DNA from: Utricularia gibba
Lineage: Eukaryota; Plantae; Magnoliophyta
Direction of reading: 5' to 3'
Length of the DNA stretch: 64,000 nt
NCBI GenBank assembly: GCA_002189035.1
Contig: NEEC01000011.1
Span: 434,001 to 498,000, forward strand
In this document: positions 26,318 to 40,275 of the stretch, piece after piece
How positions within the stretch are numbered: position 1 is the stretch's first letter
Layout: each line of letters begins with the position of its first letter
Position numbers and translations under genes: made by a program
Notes under the pieces: generated by a model
Seen by the model: only the letters and a program-made list of their open reading frames with translations
What the model was told of the DNA's origin: nothing
Database searches by the model: none

Positions 26318-28990
26318 ATGATTAAACAAGTGAATAGATGTGAATGTATTTCATATGCATATTATGATAAGTTTTTTAGAAGAGATTGGATATACATATT
26401 AAAATTATATCTTGCTAGTATAAAAAAGGAGGTGACATCATGTACTCGTGTTCCTCTTGATATAAAAAATAAAATAGAAGTACATTTTGATAATATGAAA
26501 AGCATACTGAAAAAAAAAAGGAGAATTCTTGATGTGGATATTACAGTTGATGATGTAGCAAAATTGTGGAGTGAGGACAATGTTGTAAAAGAAAAAATAG
26601 CGGTAAAAAACATTCAACCATCCTTAAAGAAGTTTTGGATTAAAAAGTATGTGATAGCAAGAGCACATATGGAGATTACAAAGTTCTTTTATAATATTTG
26701 TATCCCAATTTATTGTTGCAAGTGCAGTTATTTTCTAAGCATGCTTATAGCAATATCAAAGTTAGGTGATGCATTCAAGACTCCATCATATCATGAACTA
26801 AGTGTGACTTTATTGAGAAAAGTAAAACAAGAGTTACAGATTTAGATTGATAGTATTAGAAGCTCGTGGAAGGAAACTAGTTGTAGTATAATGACTGATG
26901 GTTGGACAAACATCAGCCATTGATCTTTAATTAATTTTTTGGTTTATAGTCCGAATGGGATGATCTTTTGTAAGCCAGTGGATGCTTCTGACCAAGTTAG
27001 GGATTTTGAAACATTGTTTCACTTATTTAAAAATATCATTGAATGGGTGAGACCTAAAAATGTGGTGCATATTATTATTGATAATGCTTCTAACTACAAA
27101 GCTACACGAATACTCATTAAAGATCATTTTTTATCTATAAATTGATCTTCATGTGCTGCACATTGTGTTAATTTGATGTTTAAAAATATTGGAAAATTGT
27201 CAAGCATTCAAAAACTTGTCCAAAAAGTTACTACAACATCGAGATTGGTGTATAACCATGGACATTGGTTTGTATGGTTAAGAAAAAAGGAAGAATTGAG
27301 AGAAATTGTTAGACTAGTTGAAACAAAGTTTGCAACAAATTTTATTGCACTTCATAGCTTTCTTCAATATAAAGAGGATCTTTAATTGTTAGCTTTACAT
27401 TTAGAATTCAGTTCAACTTTAGGAAAAGACAAGAAAAGGCAAAAAATTTATTAACATTGTGATAGATAGGAGAATATGAGATGATTCAAATGCTCCATTG
27501 CTAAGAGAGCTTGCAATCAAGATTCTTGGGCAAACAAGGTCTCCTTTTGGATGTGTGATGGTGATTCTGCAAGTGCATAGAAACCGTCGAAGTAATAAAA
27601 TAAGATCGTATCACAGGATATTGTTATTGAAATTTTCTTTTCAAACAAAGACTCAAAAAGACCGAAAACAAAAGAAAGATTTGGTTTTAAAAACAAGAAG
27701 AAAAGTGGCATTGGACCTGAGATCCATCTTGCTCAAAAACTCGCCCAAACTTGTGTGTGTAAACCTTGAAAACTGACCTGCTTACGCAAGTTCTGGGGGT
27801 GTTATTGTAAAATAGTGCTACTCGGTGACCGTTATAGCACCGTCCCTCGTTTAGTGGGATTATGGAATCAACCACGCCACCAGAGCCATTTCACCTCTTG
27901 TGATAATCCATATTTTACCCACACCCAAATCTAACCCCTACCCCTCACACCTCACAGACAGATTAGACAGAATGTGTCTTACCAACGATGTCCGATTGAG
28001 CCCTTCTTTTTAGGTGCTTGAGCCCAACCTTTGATTCTCCCACACTCCCTTAGGGTTATATGGTACTAAAGAGCATGTTGGTAAAAAAAACGTTTCGAAA
28101 AGCAGAATCAAACCTCAATTTAAATGTCGAAAAACATAGTAAAACAGTCACACACGCAGAACTTACGCAAGCAAGGCTTCACCACAGATCCTCAGCCGCA
28201 AGCGCCTACACGCGCAGACTCGACTCAAACATGAAAATAGATACGAAAATAGAAAAGATTCAAAGTAAAAGTGGTCAAAGACGTCTCTAATGATTGAGAG
28301 GGTGAGATATTTATAGGAGAGTATATCCAAGTCTTCATATTGAACTTATTTGATGGGTTTGAATAAGATTTTCTATCCAAATCTTTTATCCAAATCTTCG
28401 AAGATCTTATTCATATCTCTATCTTATCCACGAATCTTGGACCAAATCTTCATCATTTGACCGAGTCTTGGGCTGAGATTCGTGGCCCATCAAGTCCATA
28501 ATTTATTGAGTCTTGATTTCTCCTCAAATCGATCCAAAAGTACTCTAAAAATCCACAAAATACACTTTCTCTCCAAAAAGATCAAAGCAGTGTGAAAGAT
28601 GCAAAATCAATTGAGAATAATGAGAAAATTGAGTTCAAGATAAGTAAAAACAACACTCAAGAGTAGTGGAAGAATATGTTTTGGAACGACACAAAATCAC
28701 TTATCAATGTGAAATAAACTGGAAAATATTTGATCAAATACATATTCAGAAACGTAATAGGCTTGAGCATAAAAGACCATATGATTTGGTATATGTGTAT
28801 TATAATCAAAAATTGCAAGAGGGGTAATGAGTTGTATTTGTTTTCTTCAATGTTAAGCTTTTAAATTTCTTATAATGCTAAAAATATGTAGGTGGATTGT
28901 TGCATAAGAACATTATGATCTCATCAACATTGATAAAATTATTGAAATTGATATATGAGTTTTCAAAAATGAGGAAGACCCATTTTTGTA
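26318..28990 (+). mobile_element. Degenerate hAT transposase (DUF659 type), interrupted by a solo LTR
   Basis: Fragments FKTPSYHEL, CSIMTDGW, VVHIIIDNASNYKA, CAAHCVNLMFKNIG and LAIKILGQT..GC|EINWKIFDQIHIQKRNRLEH..DLVYVYYN (hAT dimerisation motif). Several stops and frameshifts. TIRs not identified. Confidence 0.85.
27556..28706 (-). mobile_element. Solo LTR (family F, 1151 bp) with ATGTG target-site duplication
   Basis: TG...CA termini. ATGTG at 27551-27555 and 28707-28711. Removing the LTR restores the hAT reading G-C-E. Orientation is inferred from typical Ty3/gypsy U5-end motifs. Confidence 0.9.
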
Positions 28991-29510
28991 TGTTGAAGAT
29001 ATTGAAAAAAATATTGTATAAAGAAATAGAAACTAGAGCAATAGAGTAAACAATTCTTGAACATGAAGATGAATGTTTATTTACTTATTTTGTGATTATA
29101 TTCTTAGAATGCTAATAGTTCATCATATAAGTTTGTTGAATTTTAACTCATGGTGTGTAATATTAGTAATATAGATTTATTTTGACTGATTATTACATAA
29201 CCAACTTTTTATGGTGACACCTACCCCCACATGAGTTTTGCATCACTTATGTAGACGTATGTTGTGTTGATCCATTAACCAAATGTAAATATTAGTTTCG
29301 CAAACAAGACAAAACCCACTTATACTGGTGAACCAAACAAGGCCTATGAGAGTTACCTTGCGTGGAGACATTCACTAGTGGGAGGTATGAGTTATGAGCA
29401 ATTATATATATGCAACCCAAGACAGGCGTCAATACAACGTGCACCACTCTAATACCACCTCTTCGTAACGATAAGACCGTTAACGTTACGCTCACGAACC
29501 CGGTGTGCCA

Positions 29511-32268
29511 ATGGCGGCCTTCTGCCTGCAATTCAATGCAGGAATCACCAGAAATCTGGTCTCCATGGCTATTAAGGACGGAATTGGCGAAATTAAGCGC
29601 ACTCCTCAGAGAATTGAGCTACCGACAAGTGTGAAGAACTCCAGAGTCTTGATACTGGGCGGCACTGGAAGAGTCGGCGGCTCAACCGCCTCCGCCCTTT
29701 CTAGATTCTGCCCTGAGCTTCGCATCGTTATCGGCGGCAGGAACAGGTGATGCACGCGCTCTTTTCTTCCATTGTCGTTTACAGGGGGCAGATGAAGATT
29801 TTTTCCTTTTTTTTTTCGTAAACCAGCTACAACTGGCGTCCTGATCATCAGGCTTATTTTTTATCCAAGCTCCTAGGATTTGGCTGTGCTCCTTTCTGAA
29901 ATGATAGAAAATCTGAGCACTGTAACATTTATCTTGTCTATTCTTTGCCAGGGCAAAAGGTGGTGAAATGGTGAATAAACTGGGTAACAATGCGGAGTTC
30001 GCTTACGTTGACCTTAATGATAATACATCACTTGAAGAAGTTTTGAATGGTTTGTACGACTTTCTTTTTTCTTCTGTTGTTATGGTTCCAGTTTTTTAGA
30101 GCTCTAAGCTGTTTTCGATGTTGATGTTCATAGATGTGGATCTTGTTGTTCACACGGCCGGGCCATTTCAGAGGACTGAGAACTGCACAGTACTTGAAGC
30201 TGCTATCAACACAAAGGTGAGAGCAAGGTAACGCAAAGTTATTTGATGAAATATCCTGATTATCTCGATTAAGGTATTGCTATTAAACATATGAGCATGG
30301 CTTCATTAACAGACAGCGTACCTTGATGTCTGTGATGATACAAGCTATTCATGGCGTGCAAAATCCTACATGAACAGAGCCGCAGAAGCTAATATTCCAG
30401 CAATTACCACTGGGGGGATCTACCCTGGGGTTAGCAATGGTTCTGTGCACTAATTTGTAAAGTCATTCAAGTATCATTATTCACTATGAAATCTTGCTTT
30501 TCCTCCAATAGATACGTTAATGCTATGAGTTGCAAGCTCTCACATCATTAACGTATCTATTAACTTGCATTAATGCTATGTATGAGTTGCAACTCATGTT
30601 AACTTGCATAGTATCTATTAATTCTATAATTCCTGTTGAACGAAAACAGTCATGGCTGCTGAACTAGTTCGTGCTGCCAAAAGTAATGGTAAAGGTGAAC
30701 CAGAGAGGCTGAGGTGACTACTTTTCCTCTGATGAAATCCAAAGTAACCTGTTTCAATTATATTAATGTCTGTTTAAACGTGAACTAGTTGTTGTTTTAC
30801 TTGGTTTCTTTCGGTTGCATGCTTTCTTGTTTTAAGGTTCTACTACTATACTGCTGGCTCTGGTGGTGCTGGCCCTACCATTCTATCGACAAGCTTTTTA
30901 CTTCTTGGGGAGGAGGTAATTGCATATAATAAAGGTCTGGAAAGCTACCTATTTCATTACGTCCTACTTTTCTTTAACTGTGTATTCTTGATTGTAATTG
31001 TGTAATCATAACATCCTAGGGGATGAAATCAAATTGAAGCCCTACTCTGGAATGCTTAATGTTGATTTTGGATTAGGGATTGGGAGAAAAAGTGTATACC
31101 TGCTGTAAGTGTGGATACTTTTCCTCACTGCAACATTTATCCTATGAATATTTTTTGTGTAATTTCAGGCTTTAGATTGAAAGTGTTTTGGGAGGTGTGA
31201 TTTCAGTGTTTACTACGTTTTATTTGCCATAAAGAAGCGGATGATTTCTCAAAGAAAATTTCAGGAATTTACCTGAAGTAAGAAGTGTCCATGAGATTCT
31301 TGGAGTCCCAACTGTCAGTGCACGGTTTGGAACTGCTCCCTTCTTTTGGAACTGGGGGATGCTTGCCTTACGATACCTGCTTCCACAAGTAAATGGATTC
31401 TTTTTATATTTGAAAAAGTTTCCTGCGCTTGCACTATTCACCACTACAATCTTTGAAGTTATCTCTTAGTATGGCATATATTATATACAGGAATTCTTCA
31501 GAGATCGAAGTAAGGTTGAAAAACTGGTTCAACTATTCGACCCTCTAGTGAGGGCTGTAGACGGAATGGCAGGAGAAAGGTTGTCTATGAGGGTATGCTC
31601 TATTTTCTGTGCCCAAGCTTTTATGCATTTGTAGTGTAAGAGTTCTCTCATAAGTTCTGCACGTTATGTTTGAAAAGGTTGATTTGGAGAGCTCAGATGG
31701 TCAAGCAAGAACCGGTGTATTCAGTCACAAAAGGCTGTCTGAGTTAGTACTTGCTCTTTTGACCCGCCGTATTTCCAAAATCAAATTAATTTCACAGATC
31801 GCTGGTCATGCTTTACTTGCTCAGCATGTCCAACACCAGAGAAGTGGTTTCTTTTTTGGGTTTTAAAACTTGATTTCGTTGAGTGATTCCTTGAATTCAG
31901 GTCAGTGGGGATTGCAACAGCTGCATTCGCTTTGTCCATCCTTGAAGGATCCACGCAGCCTGGTGTTTGGTTCCCCGAAGAGGTAACCATATGAATTCCA
32001 CAAGCGTCATCACTCTCTAATCTCATCGTGTGGCCACAGCCCGGAGGCATCGCGGTGGACGCCAGAGAAGCTCTCCTGTGTCGTGCCTCAACTGGGACCA
32101 TCAACTTCCTCATGAACAAGTAAGTGGCATCGCATCTGACGAGCAGAGTCATTCACTCACCGCTGCTGCATCATCCTCATCTATCTCCGTCTGTTTACAC
32201 GAACTCACAGGGCTCCCTGGATGGTTGAAACTGACCCCAAAGAGGTAGGCTTTGGGATATACGTGTAA
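29511..32268 (+). CDS. Saccharopine dehydrogenase-like NAD(P)-binding Rossmann protein, plastid (At1g50450-like), 13 exons
   Basis: VLILGGTGRVGGSTA (GxGxxG), VDLVVHTAGPFQR, AYLDVCDD, GGIYPGVSN, FYYYTAGSGGAGPTIL, RFGTAPFFWNWGM and GVWFPEE. Ends APWMVETDPKEVGFGIYV* (TAA 32266-32268). All junctions are in phase. Confidence 0.93.
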
Positions 32269-33721
32269 AACGCTGCCCGCCATTTTATGGAATGACGACT
32301 TCACGCCGCCCATACCGAACCCCTTCATTTTCCCGATCCTCCAAATTGTAATGTGATGCACGGCTTCTTAATTATGTCAGCAACGTGTCCGTCGGAACCG
32401 GACTCCCGACCCGACTAGAACCCCGTCGCGCGGCGTCATTATAAATAGACAGAATGGTTGTGAAGTGAACCTGCTCCAAGGAGCTACATGATTTTTTTCT
32501 CTTCATTTTGACACACAGGGGAAGAATTGGGCTTGGTCTTGGGCTTGGGCCTGGGCTTCATGGTGCAGTTACGCCAGTGGGAACAGCCCTTCCCATCTGG
32601 CTGCATGCATGTTTTGGATTATACTGACTGCTGTTTCTGTGGTGGAAAAAGGTACTGCTACTCAAATGAGATGTAAACAGCACTTCCCAAGGGAACCCTC
32701 TGTTTTACCATAGGAGAAAGGACCGAGCCCACATGAAAAGAAAAGAGCCAACACAGGGGGCCTACCCAAACCCAATCTGTCAGCACCCATGTGGCTATGA
32801 AGAAAAGCAGCAGCCAGGACTCAGTTAATGAAGCTGAGTGTGTGTGTGTGTGTATGCGTGGTGCACTGCTTGCATACATTTCATCCAAAAGACCCATTCA
32901 GCTTCCGCCAGTAGGAGTAGCCAGCCCCATGTGACACCTCCTTTCCCCTCCCTGTGTGTCTGTGGACCTCACCCTCACCCTCACTGCTAATAAACAAGGG
33001 CAAGCCAGGCACGAAATGAGACAAGGGAGTGCCCCAAAGTAGACTTTAGTCACAGCTAAAGTAAAGACCCCCAACCCTTTTGAGTGCTTCAATGAACCGA
33101 GACAGCCTTCTTCTATTGCAATATGCATTGCATTCATTCCCTGATGCAAAGTTTGTGCTTTAATTCTGACATTAAGTGTTCAGTGCTACTGATAACGCTC
33201 TGACCCTTTTTTGCATGTAGGGAGGAGAGGAGAGGAGAAGGTGTACATTTCCATTTCCATTTCCATTCTATGGTCGTCATACTGAATACTGGTAGGTACC
33301 CTTTGTTCATAATTACATGCCTCTGCTGAATTTAACCTTGTCCTAACAATACAACTACAGCCCAGCAGGAGCCCATGGGAAAATGAACATTGAGAGACCC
33401 CTACTGCGCTTCCTTTGATATCTCTGGATGTCAGTCGTCTGTCTTAGCCGTGCATAGAGGTATTTCAAGTAAAACGTGTTATTGGAGATGGCGGGAGCTG
33501 AGAGTTTGTTTTCTTCTGTTGCTGACATGATGACCTGTGGCTTCTATACAGCTTCTTCCGGGTGTTTGTTACAGAAAAACTTTCTTAATTCTGCACCGGA
33601 AAACAAAACGAACGAGACGGATTCATCAGCAGGAACCAAGGAAGCGACATGGCTTACTTTCCGGATATGCCTACCGAGTTAATGTTAAATCCGAGAGGCA
33701 GGTGAATAGCGGCTCAAGAAC

Positions 33722-36380
33722 CTACATTTCAATGGCTTTTTGCCAGAAGATATTCAAAGTTAACCAACAGTATCTGATAAAACAGTTTGGAACCCAGGAT
33801 AACAACAAGCGTACCTTGGCATCTGGACGTAGCATGACTTGAGAGTAGCCATGCCAAGGGGAGAACTGCTAGGTAGCAAAAGAGGAATGTTGTTAGTTGC
33901 AGGTGTGATAACATCATCATCAACTGGAGCTTGTGTGAAAACGGTTGGCTGGTTCTCAGCTGCCGACTTTGTAGGAGAAGCAAACAGGTTTTCCGGGAGG
34001 ATGTGTTCGAAGCTGCTTTCACACATAACATGAGAATGCAAGTCAGTGTGGAAAATGATGTCTCGAGAAGTAACAACGCATTCAGAGTCACATGCCTCTC
34101 ATGGAGATAAGACTCATCACAGTTTGCATCCTGTTGCTTAAAACCATTGGCATAATTCGTAGCAGCAGATTCAGTTACTTTTAGCTCCAAATTCCGATCC
34201 CCAGGGAGGCTCCGAGTTTTAGCAGGCTCTTGCATGCATTCAAACTCTGAAAATCAACAGTCAGTAGGCAAGCTAAAATGTCCCCCACATGAATTAAAAG
34301 TACCATGGAGCCAGTTCCTAACCTCCAGAAGCTTTTTGATGAGTGACATCAGTGGAGGAGTTGAGTTTTGGGTTCACTAGTGAATGAGGTTCTCTGGGAG
34401 AGGTAACTGGGGCACCTGAACGCATGCACAACAGAAAAGGGTGAATACGTTGCTGCTGCTGCTGCTGACGACTTTTTAGGTCCATCAGTTGTAGACTCAT
34501 CATCCTGCGCCCTTGAAGTTCGATGGCCTGCTGGAGCTCAGTTTCTTGCTCCAGTTTCCTTCTTAGCAGGATCTCTTGTGCGTTGAGCAGAAGCCTGGGA
34601 CCTTCAGAAAAAACATAAACAGACAGCGCACATAAGCAGATGATAATAAAGATGACGAAATTCAAGTTGTTTCTGCATACCAAAGCTGAGATCAATGTCT
34701 CTGGAAGGACTTGGACTTAAACAGGACGGGTCCAAGTGATGTTGCAGTTGTTGTTTCCTGAAGCCACTGTAAGAGAGTAAAACAGGAGTCAGCAAAGGAA
34801 TACGAGTTTACGAAAGAGCGGCTACTGCTTACTTCTCCTGGAGTTTTCCCTTCTCCTTGTATGGTTTAACGAGCACACGAGAATCACATACAAAATGTGG
34901 GTTCCCTTTCGCCAGAATGCGTTTCACCGTCTCAGGGTAGTGAAAAGTCACAAATCCAAACATCCGCTTCTGTTGATATGGAATCCTAACATCTTGAACA
35001 GGCCCAAATGTGCTGCAAGCACACAGAGGCATCAGTAAAAGCACCATGCCAGGTTAAGTCCAGAGATGAAACTTGAGTTCCAGTTCCACCTAAAATACTT
35101 GGAAACATCCTCCTCCTTGAACGTACTGTCAGCTGGAAACGTCAGGTAAATTTGTCTGGAGCTTGAGTTCCCGTCACCAACAAATGCCAAGGATGCAACA
35201 TCGGACCTCTGGAAGCTGTACTTTCGGAATTCATCCGCAACAGTTGATCTAACACTAACAGGGAACAAGAATACGTACGGGTAAGATACAGACAACATAT
35301 CATACAAGGAAAAAAGGAGAGAAGCACGAGGAGCATAAAAGCTGATGATGATGCGTTTTAAACAGGCAAAGAGATGACAGAAAAAAAAAAAAGAAGCTTC
35401 AAAGCTTGTTTTTTCACGAGAAGATAAGTTTGGTGGAACTTTAGAAACAGATTAGGAAGGAAAACGAAGCGAGGCATCAATGGAAGAGAAGTAGATTGCC
35501 TGGGGTTGTCGTTCAGGAAATCCGTGCACTTGTTGTAAGGAATGGAATGCTGCGCCATGAGAGCGAGCCTCTGTTGCTGAAAAGCATTCATTCTCAACAG
35601 CTCATCGAACCCAGTTGTGTCCTCATCCGCAGACCCCACATCAAACGCATCGCCGCTTCCAATTTCGCCGTGGAGGAACTTGCAAGAGGTGCCGTTTTTG
35701 CAATGTCCTCTAGCAAAATACATGCAAGGTCTCCATCCAAATCCTCCACCACCTCCCTCCTCCAGATTCGAGAGGTACGCAGCGTCGCTCACTGAGCAAC
35801 TTCTTCTGTGGAATGAGGAAGGATTGTTGTTCACTTCCTCCCCAAAATGGAAAACCAGGGAATCACTCCTACCACTTGGGCTCATTATTGGATCCACCGT
35901 AGAGTCATCCAGAAACGGCAACTGATCTTGCCCAGCGAAGTCAGTTCCGCTGTAGAAATGCAGCCTTGGTGAACCAGAACTGGTGTTCTCAGCAGCAGAA
36001 GCAGACCCATTCACGGCAGCAGCATAGGAAAAAGGACCCGGACTGCCTCTTTGAAAAGCAGAAGCAGGGGAAGATGGGTTGCTCAAATGAAGCCCATTGT
36101 TGGGTATGAGTAACCTCGGAGCACAAGGGTTTGTGGGTCGGATGGAATTCGAAACAGGAGTGGAAGGATTGGAGGAAGGGCTGTTCGAACCCAGCCCCAA
36201 ACACGCCTTAGCTTGATTGATGTGATAAATCAAAAGAGTTTCAGGGCCAAAAGCCAATCGTATCATCTGTTTCTCCCCTTGGTCCTGTATCAGAATATAA
36301 CCCATGATTTTCGAAGCGTTTTCAGGATCCAGAGCTTGGATTCTGGACATAACAACTCTCGTAGCTTCGTACGCATCCAT
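33722..36380 (-). CDS. CCCH zinc-finger + RRM protein (C3H22/46/53/55 family)
   Basis: [34 protein letters not shown] finger [71 protein letters not shown], then [22 protein letters not shown] and [16 protein letters not shown]. The exact 3' end is uncertain (stop at 33722 or 33760). Confidence 0.92.
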
Positions 36381-39141
36381 GGGGAGTGAGAAGTTGAGAA
36401 AGTGGGTAGCAACTCCCTTCTTCTTCCTCCTCCTGTTTTGAGTTGCAACTGCTACTAGTACTACTTGGTATGGTATGGTATGGTGTGGTATACCCAGCCT
36501 GACAAACAACAGTGGGTACCTCCCCTTCGACCACACACACACACACACCCACGAGGGGCTGAGAAAGAGGAGAGGTTACGAAAGTGTAGGGATTTTAAAG
36601 CGATGTGAGAAAGAGAGAAGTAACAACCGCAGCAGGTTCGTAGCGAGTGAGTGAGAGAGAGAAAGGGGTGAAAAATTAAATGTCAATATCAATCAGGGAT
36701 GAAGATGAAGACGAAGAAGAAGCCCGAGCTGGAGCTGGAAAGCTTATGATTGCATCCAATCCAAATCCCACCCAGAATCCTGCTCCCCCGCAATTACACA
36801 CTGATGATGAGTATTAATTATTTATGAATGGAGGAAGCAAGTTTCGTTGTGTGTTATTCCTAACCAACTGGTCAGCAGTGGGATGAGTGAAGGGCAGAGC
36901 GGAGTGTGTCGTTTTGCAGTCGAGTTCTTCTGCAGAAAAAGGAAGGCATTCACTGGGACGGGAGGGGAAGGGGGTGATGGATGGATGAGCCATAACAGCA
37001 CTGATTAGGTTGAAATGCTCTCGCTCGGACAAGCCTCGGAGCCCGGGCCCACTCCCTTTAGTGGACTGCTCGCCTGGGCCCCATGGAGTAACCATCCGTC
37101 CATATCCGCAAACCCAGAAATAAATATTCATTAAAGAACAAAATAGGACAACAAAATAAAATATAATAAAATGATTTTGGAAAACTCCATCCTTTACAAC
37201 TCGGTGAACCCAAACTGGGGAATGAGAGAGCCCGGCCTAGAGATGGGGCTGGGTAACCCTATGAAATTCTGGGTATTACAGGTTGCATTACCCATGGATT
37301 TATTTTTCATGTTCAATTCGAACGGGTTAAATCCGATGGGTTTGGATTGGGCCTGAATCAAAACTAGGGTTTATCAATTATTTTATTTTTAATTATTTAT
37401 TTTTTTAAATTAGTTCAAAAAAAAAATTAATACAAATTAATAATTTTAATAACTTTAAAGATTAATCAAAACAAAACAAAGGGGAGTGAACTAACATTAA
37501 GGGGACAAAATTCAACTAGATTCACTCCCTGATCCACCTCATGAATATGTAGATTGATTTGCTTAGAGGAATAGGAGTAGGATAGGTTTAAATACAATGA
37601 GTGCGGAAAAGAAAGTTAGAAAATCATAAAGAGCAACAAAAGGAGAGTTAGCCACTTTGTCACGATGTTAGGAAACCTTCACCAAGATCCATGATAAAAA
37701 AAAAAAAAACTAGAATCAAAAGGATAAAGAAAGAGCCCAGATCGTATGCTAAGGTCCCTAAGCAATCACTTAGCAAAAAAGGAAGTGATCAAGCGATGAC
37801 AACTCGGAAGTGATCAAGCAATCAATTGGGAGCACCAATCAATTTAGATATGAAGTAAATCAATCTAACAATCAAAACATAAACATCAAAATCATATATA
37901 TCATTACATATTTCAATCTAATCAACCAACATAATTTTAATACTTAAATGTTAATTCATACTCTAAGTAGTGGTTCATTCCATCCAATCCTTCAAACATA
38001 AACATCTTGTTTTTCTGATAATTTCAAGTTTGATCATCACCATCACCATCTTCATCTTCATTCCATGCATCTTGTTTTTGCACTTTTGCTTGCATCCAAT
38101 CCTTCAAATATATGTACGCCTCTATTGTATTTGAAGCCAAGCGTGATCGTTTTGCACCCAACGTTCTACCACCTACACTAAAAGCACTCTTCGATGCTAC
38201 TATCGAAGTTGGAGGTGTGAAAATGTCTTTGGCTATGTGAGCCAAGATAGGATAATTAGCAGAATTGACCTTCCACCATGCTAATAAATCAAAAGAATCA
38301 TCATCACATTCATACAAACATTGTGTAGTGTTATATAAATTAATTTCACCAAAAGAAGATAATGTATGAGAGGATGAACATTTAGCACGAAGTAAAGCCC
38401 AAACATCATCATCACAAGTAGATGCAGAATTTCTAATTTTAGATCCAAGAGAACTATATGAACCCAAACCCCCATGATATTTCTCATACAACTCATACAA
38501 GTGTTTCAAAGTTTCCCTAGCATGAGGATACATATGCTCTATATTAATATAAGTACCTAAAACATCTAAAATGTGATAATATTCACCAAATATTTCAAGT
38601 AATGATCTCAAACCATCATCCTTTATTCTAGGATCTAAAATCACTGCAATGATGTATAAAACCAGAATATCAGTATAATATTGTAAATTTTTTTTTAACC
38701 ATACTTTCAATTGCAATAGAAAAATATGCATCATCATAATATTTTTTGAACACACAAGTAATATTAACTAAATCCGGGAGCACTAAATGACTTGTTGGAT
38801 AATACACACCATTGAACAATTTAGTATATCTATAAAAAGGCTTTAAAATATTCACAAGTTTCACAATTTTATCAAAAGAAATCAGATCTAGACCTTTTAA
38901 TGGGGGCTGGCTATTTTCAGCAAATTGAATAACAATATGCTTAAATGGAAGAATAGAGGATAACATATCATATGTTGCATTCCATCTTGTACGTACATCA
39001 ATTCTAAAACTTTTAAAAGGAATTTTGTGTAAGTCACACAAATTTTTAAATTATACCCTCCTAGAAGTGAATCTATGTAAAAGTTGAACCAAATCATGAA
39101 AGTTCTCCACCAAATCTTTTATATCATCCAAAGAATCTTAA

Positions 39142-40241
39142 TGATAACACCATTTTTATTATGTTTTTATATATGCTTTTAAGCATGTTTTGTAGGGATA
39201 AATGTTATTTAGTATGCTAAATTATCTTCTTTTGCGTATTTAGTCTGCTAGAATGTGTTTATTGTGAAAACAGGCTCAATTGGCAACAATTGAGCCGAAA
39301 ACTCTAATATTTTGTCCAGTCTATGTTTTAAGTCTTATCAGGGTAAGAGCTAGTACTGTAGCAGTGCACTTTCCGCGTTGACAAGTCAGAAGGGACAGAA
39401 AAGCTGTGCAAAAGCCACTTTCTGTCGAAAGTAGCCGCCCTTCTGAAGAGATAAGATATGGAGCAGAGATCTCCCTTCTAGAAGCCTGAGGAAAAGACGA
39501 AGCTATCCTTACTTTTGAGCTGCAAAAGGGAAAAGGAAGGGAGAGAAGAAGGAGAGTACACTGTGCACGCAGAGTGCACAGGCAGCGAACAGGAGCGAGC
39601 GGGAGCAAGGAGAACTCCGTTTCTCCGGCGAACGTCTCCGGCGACCTCCAGATCTATGTGTTTACACTGTCTTTCCGCCCAGAAACTTGATTTCCAGCAG
39701 ATCTACGACCGAGAGCAACCGCTAGACACTTCATTTTCTATTTTCTGCACTTCTATTTCGTTCACAACTAGCTGCTGTTTCCTTCAACGTTTACATGCTT
39801 TCTGTTATGTTCTTGCACCTTGTCGCGAACGATAGGGCCTTTGTAGACCTTATTTATGCGTTAAATCATGTTCTTGACTAAGCCTTTCATGTTTGCCTTT
39901 AAGTTTAACGCGCTTTTACTGTTCCCATTACTTTTATTTTATGTTTTATGCACCTTCACATTAATTTCAGTCCCTCTTCATCCCTGCAACTCGTTTATTC
40001 CAGTAACTGTTATTTTACGTCTTACCCGCATTAGACTTAAATCCTAGTAAACCTCCCCTGTTTCTAGTAAATGTGTTAAACTTCAGAAAATTGCAACCAT
40101 TCCCTGTGGATTCGACCCTTGCTTGCCACGCTACATTAATTCTTGTGATTTGTGTAGTAGAATAGCTCGATTTATAAATTTCTTTTGATGCGTTGAATGT
40201 GCTAAACCGCGACATTTAGCAACCCATTCCAACGTTCATCA
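39142..40241 (+). mobile_element. Solo LTR of the same Athila family as element 42601-51924 (family A)
   Basis: TGATAACA...TTCATCA. Colinear with the reverse complement of the LTRs at 42601 and 50819, with an internal deletion of about 120 bp. Flanks CTTAA/CTTGA (TSD, 1 mismatch). Excision restores the hAT reading VLNLCVQDSLDD. Confidence 0.9.
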
Positions 40242-40275
40242 CTTGAACACATAAATTTAATACATATCATATCAT

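Noticed and set aside
32500-33300. Possible conserved miRNA precursor
   Set aside because: No match to the conserved plant miRNA sequences I can recall, and only short 6-8 bp stems were seen.
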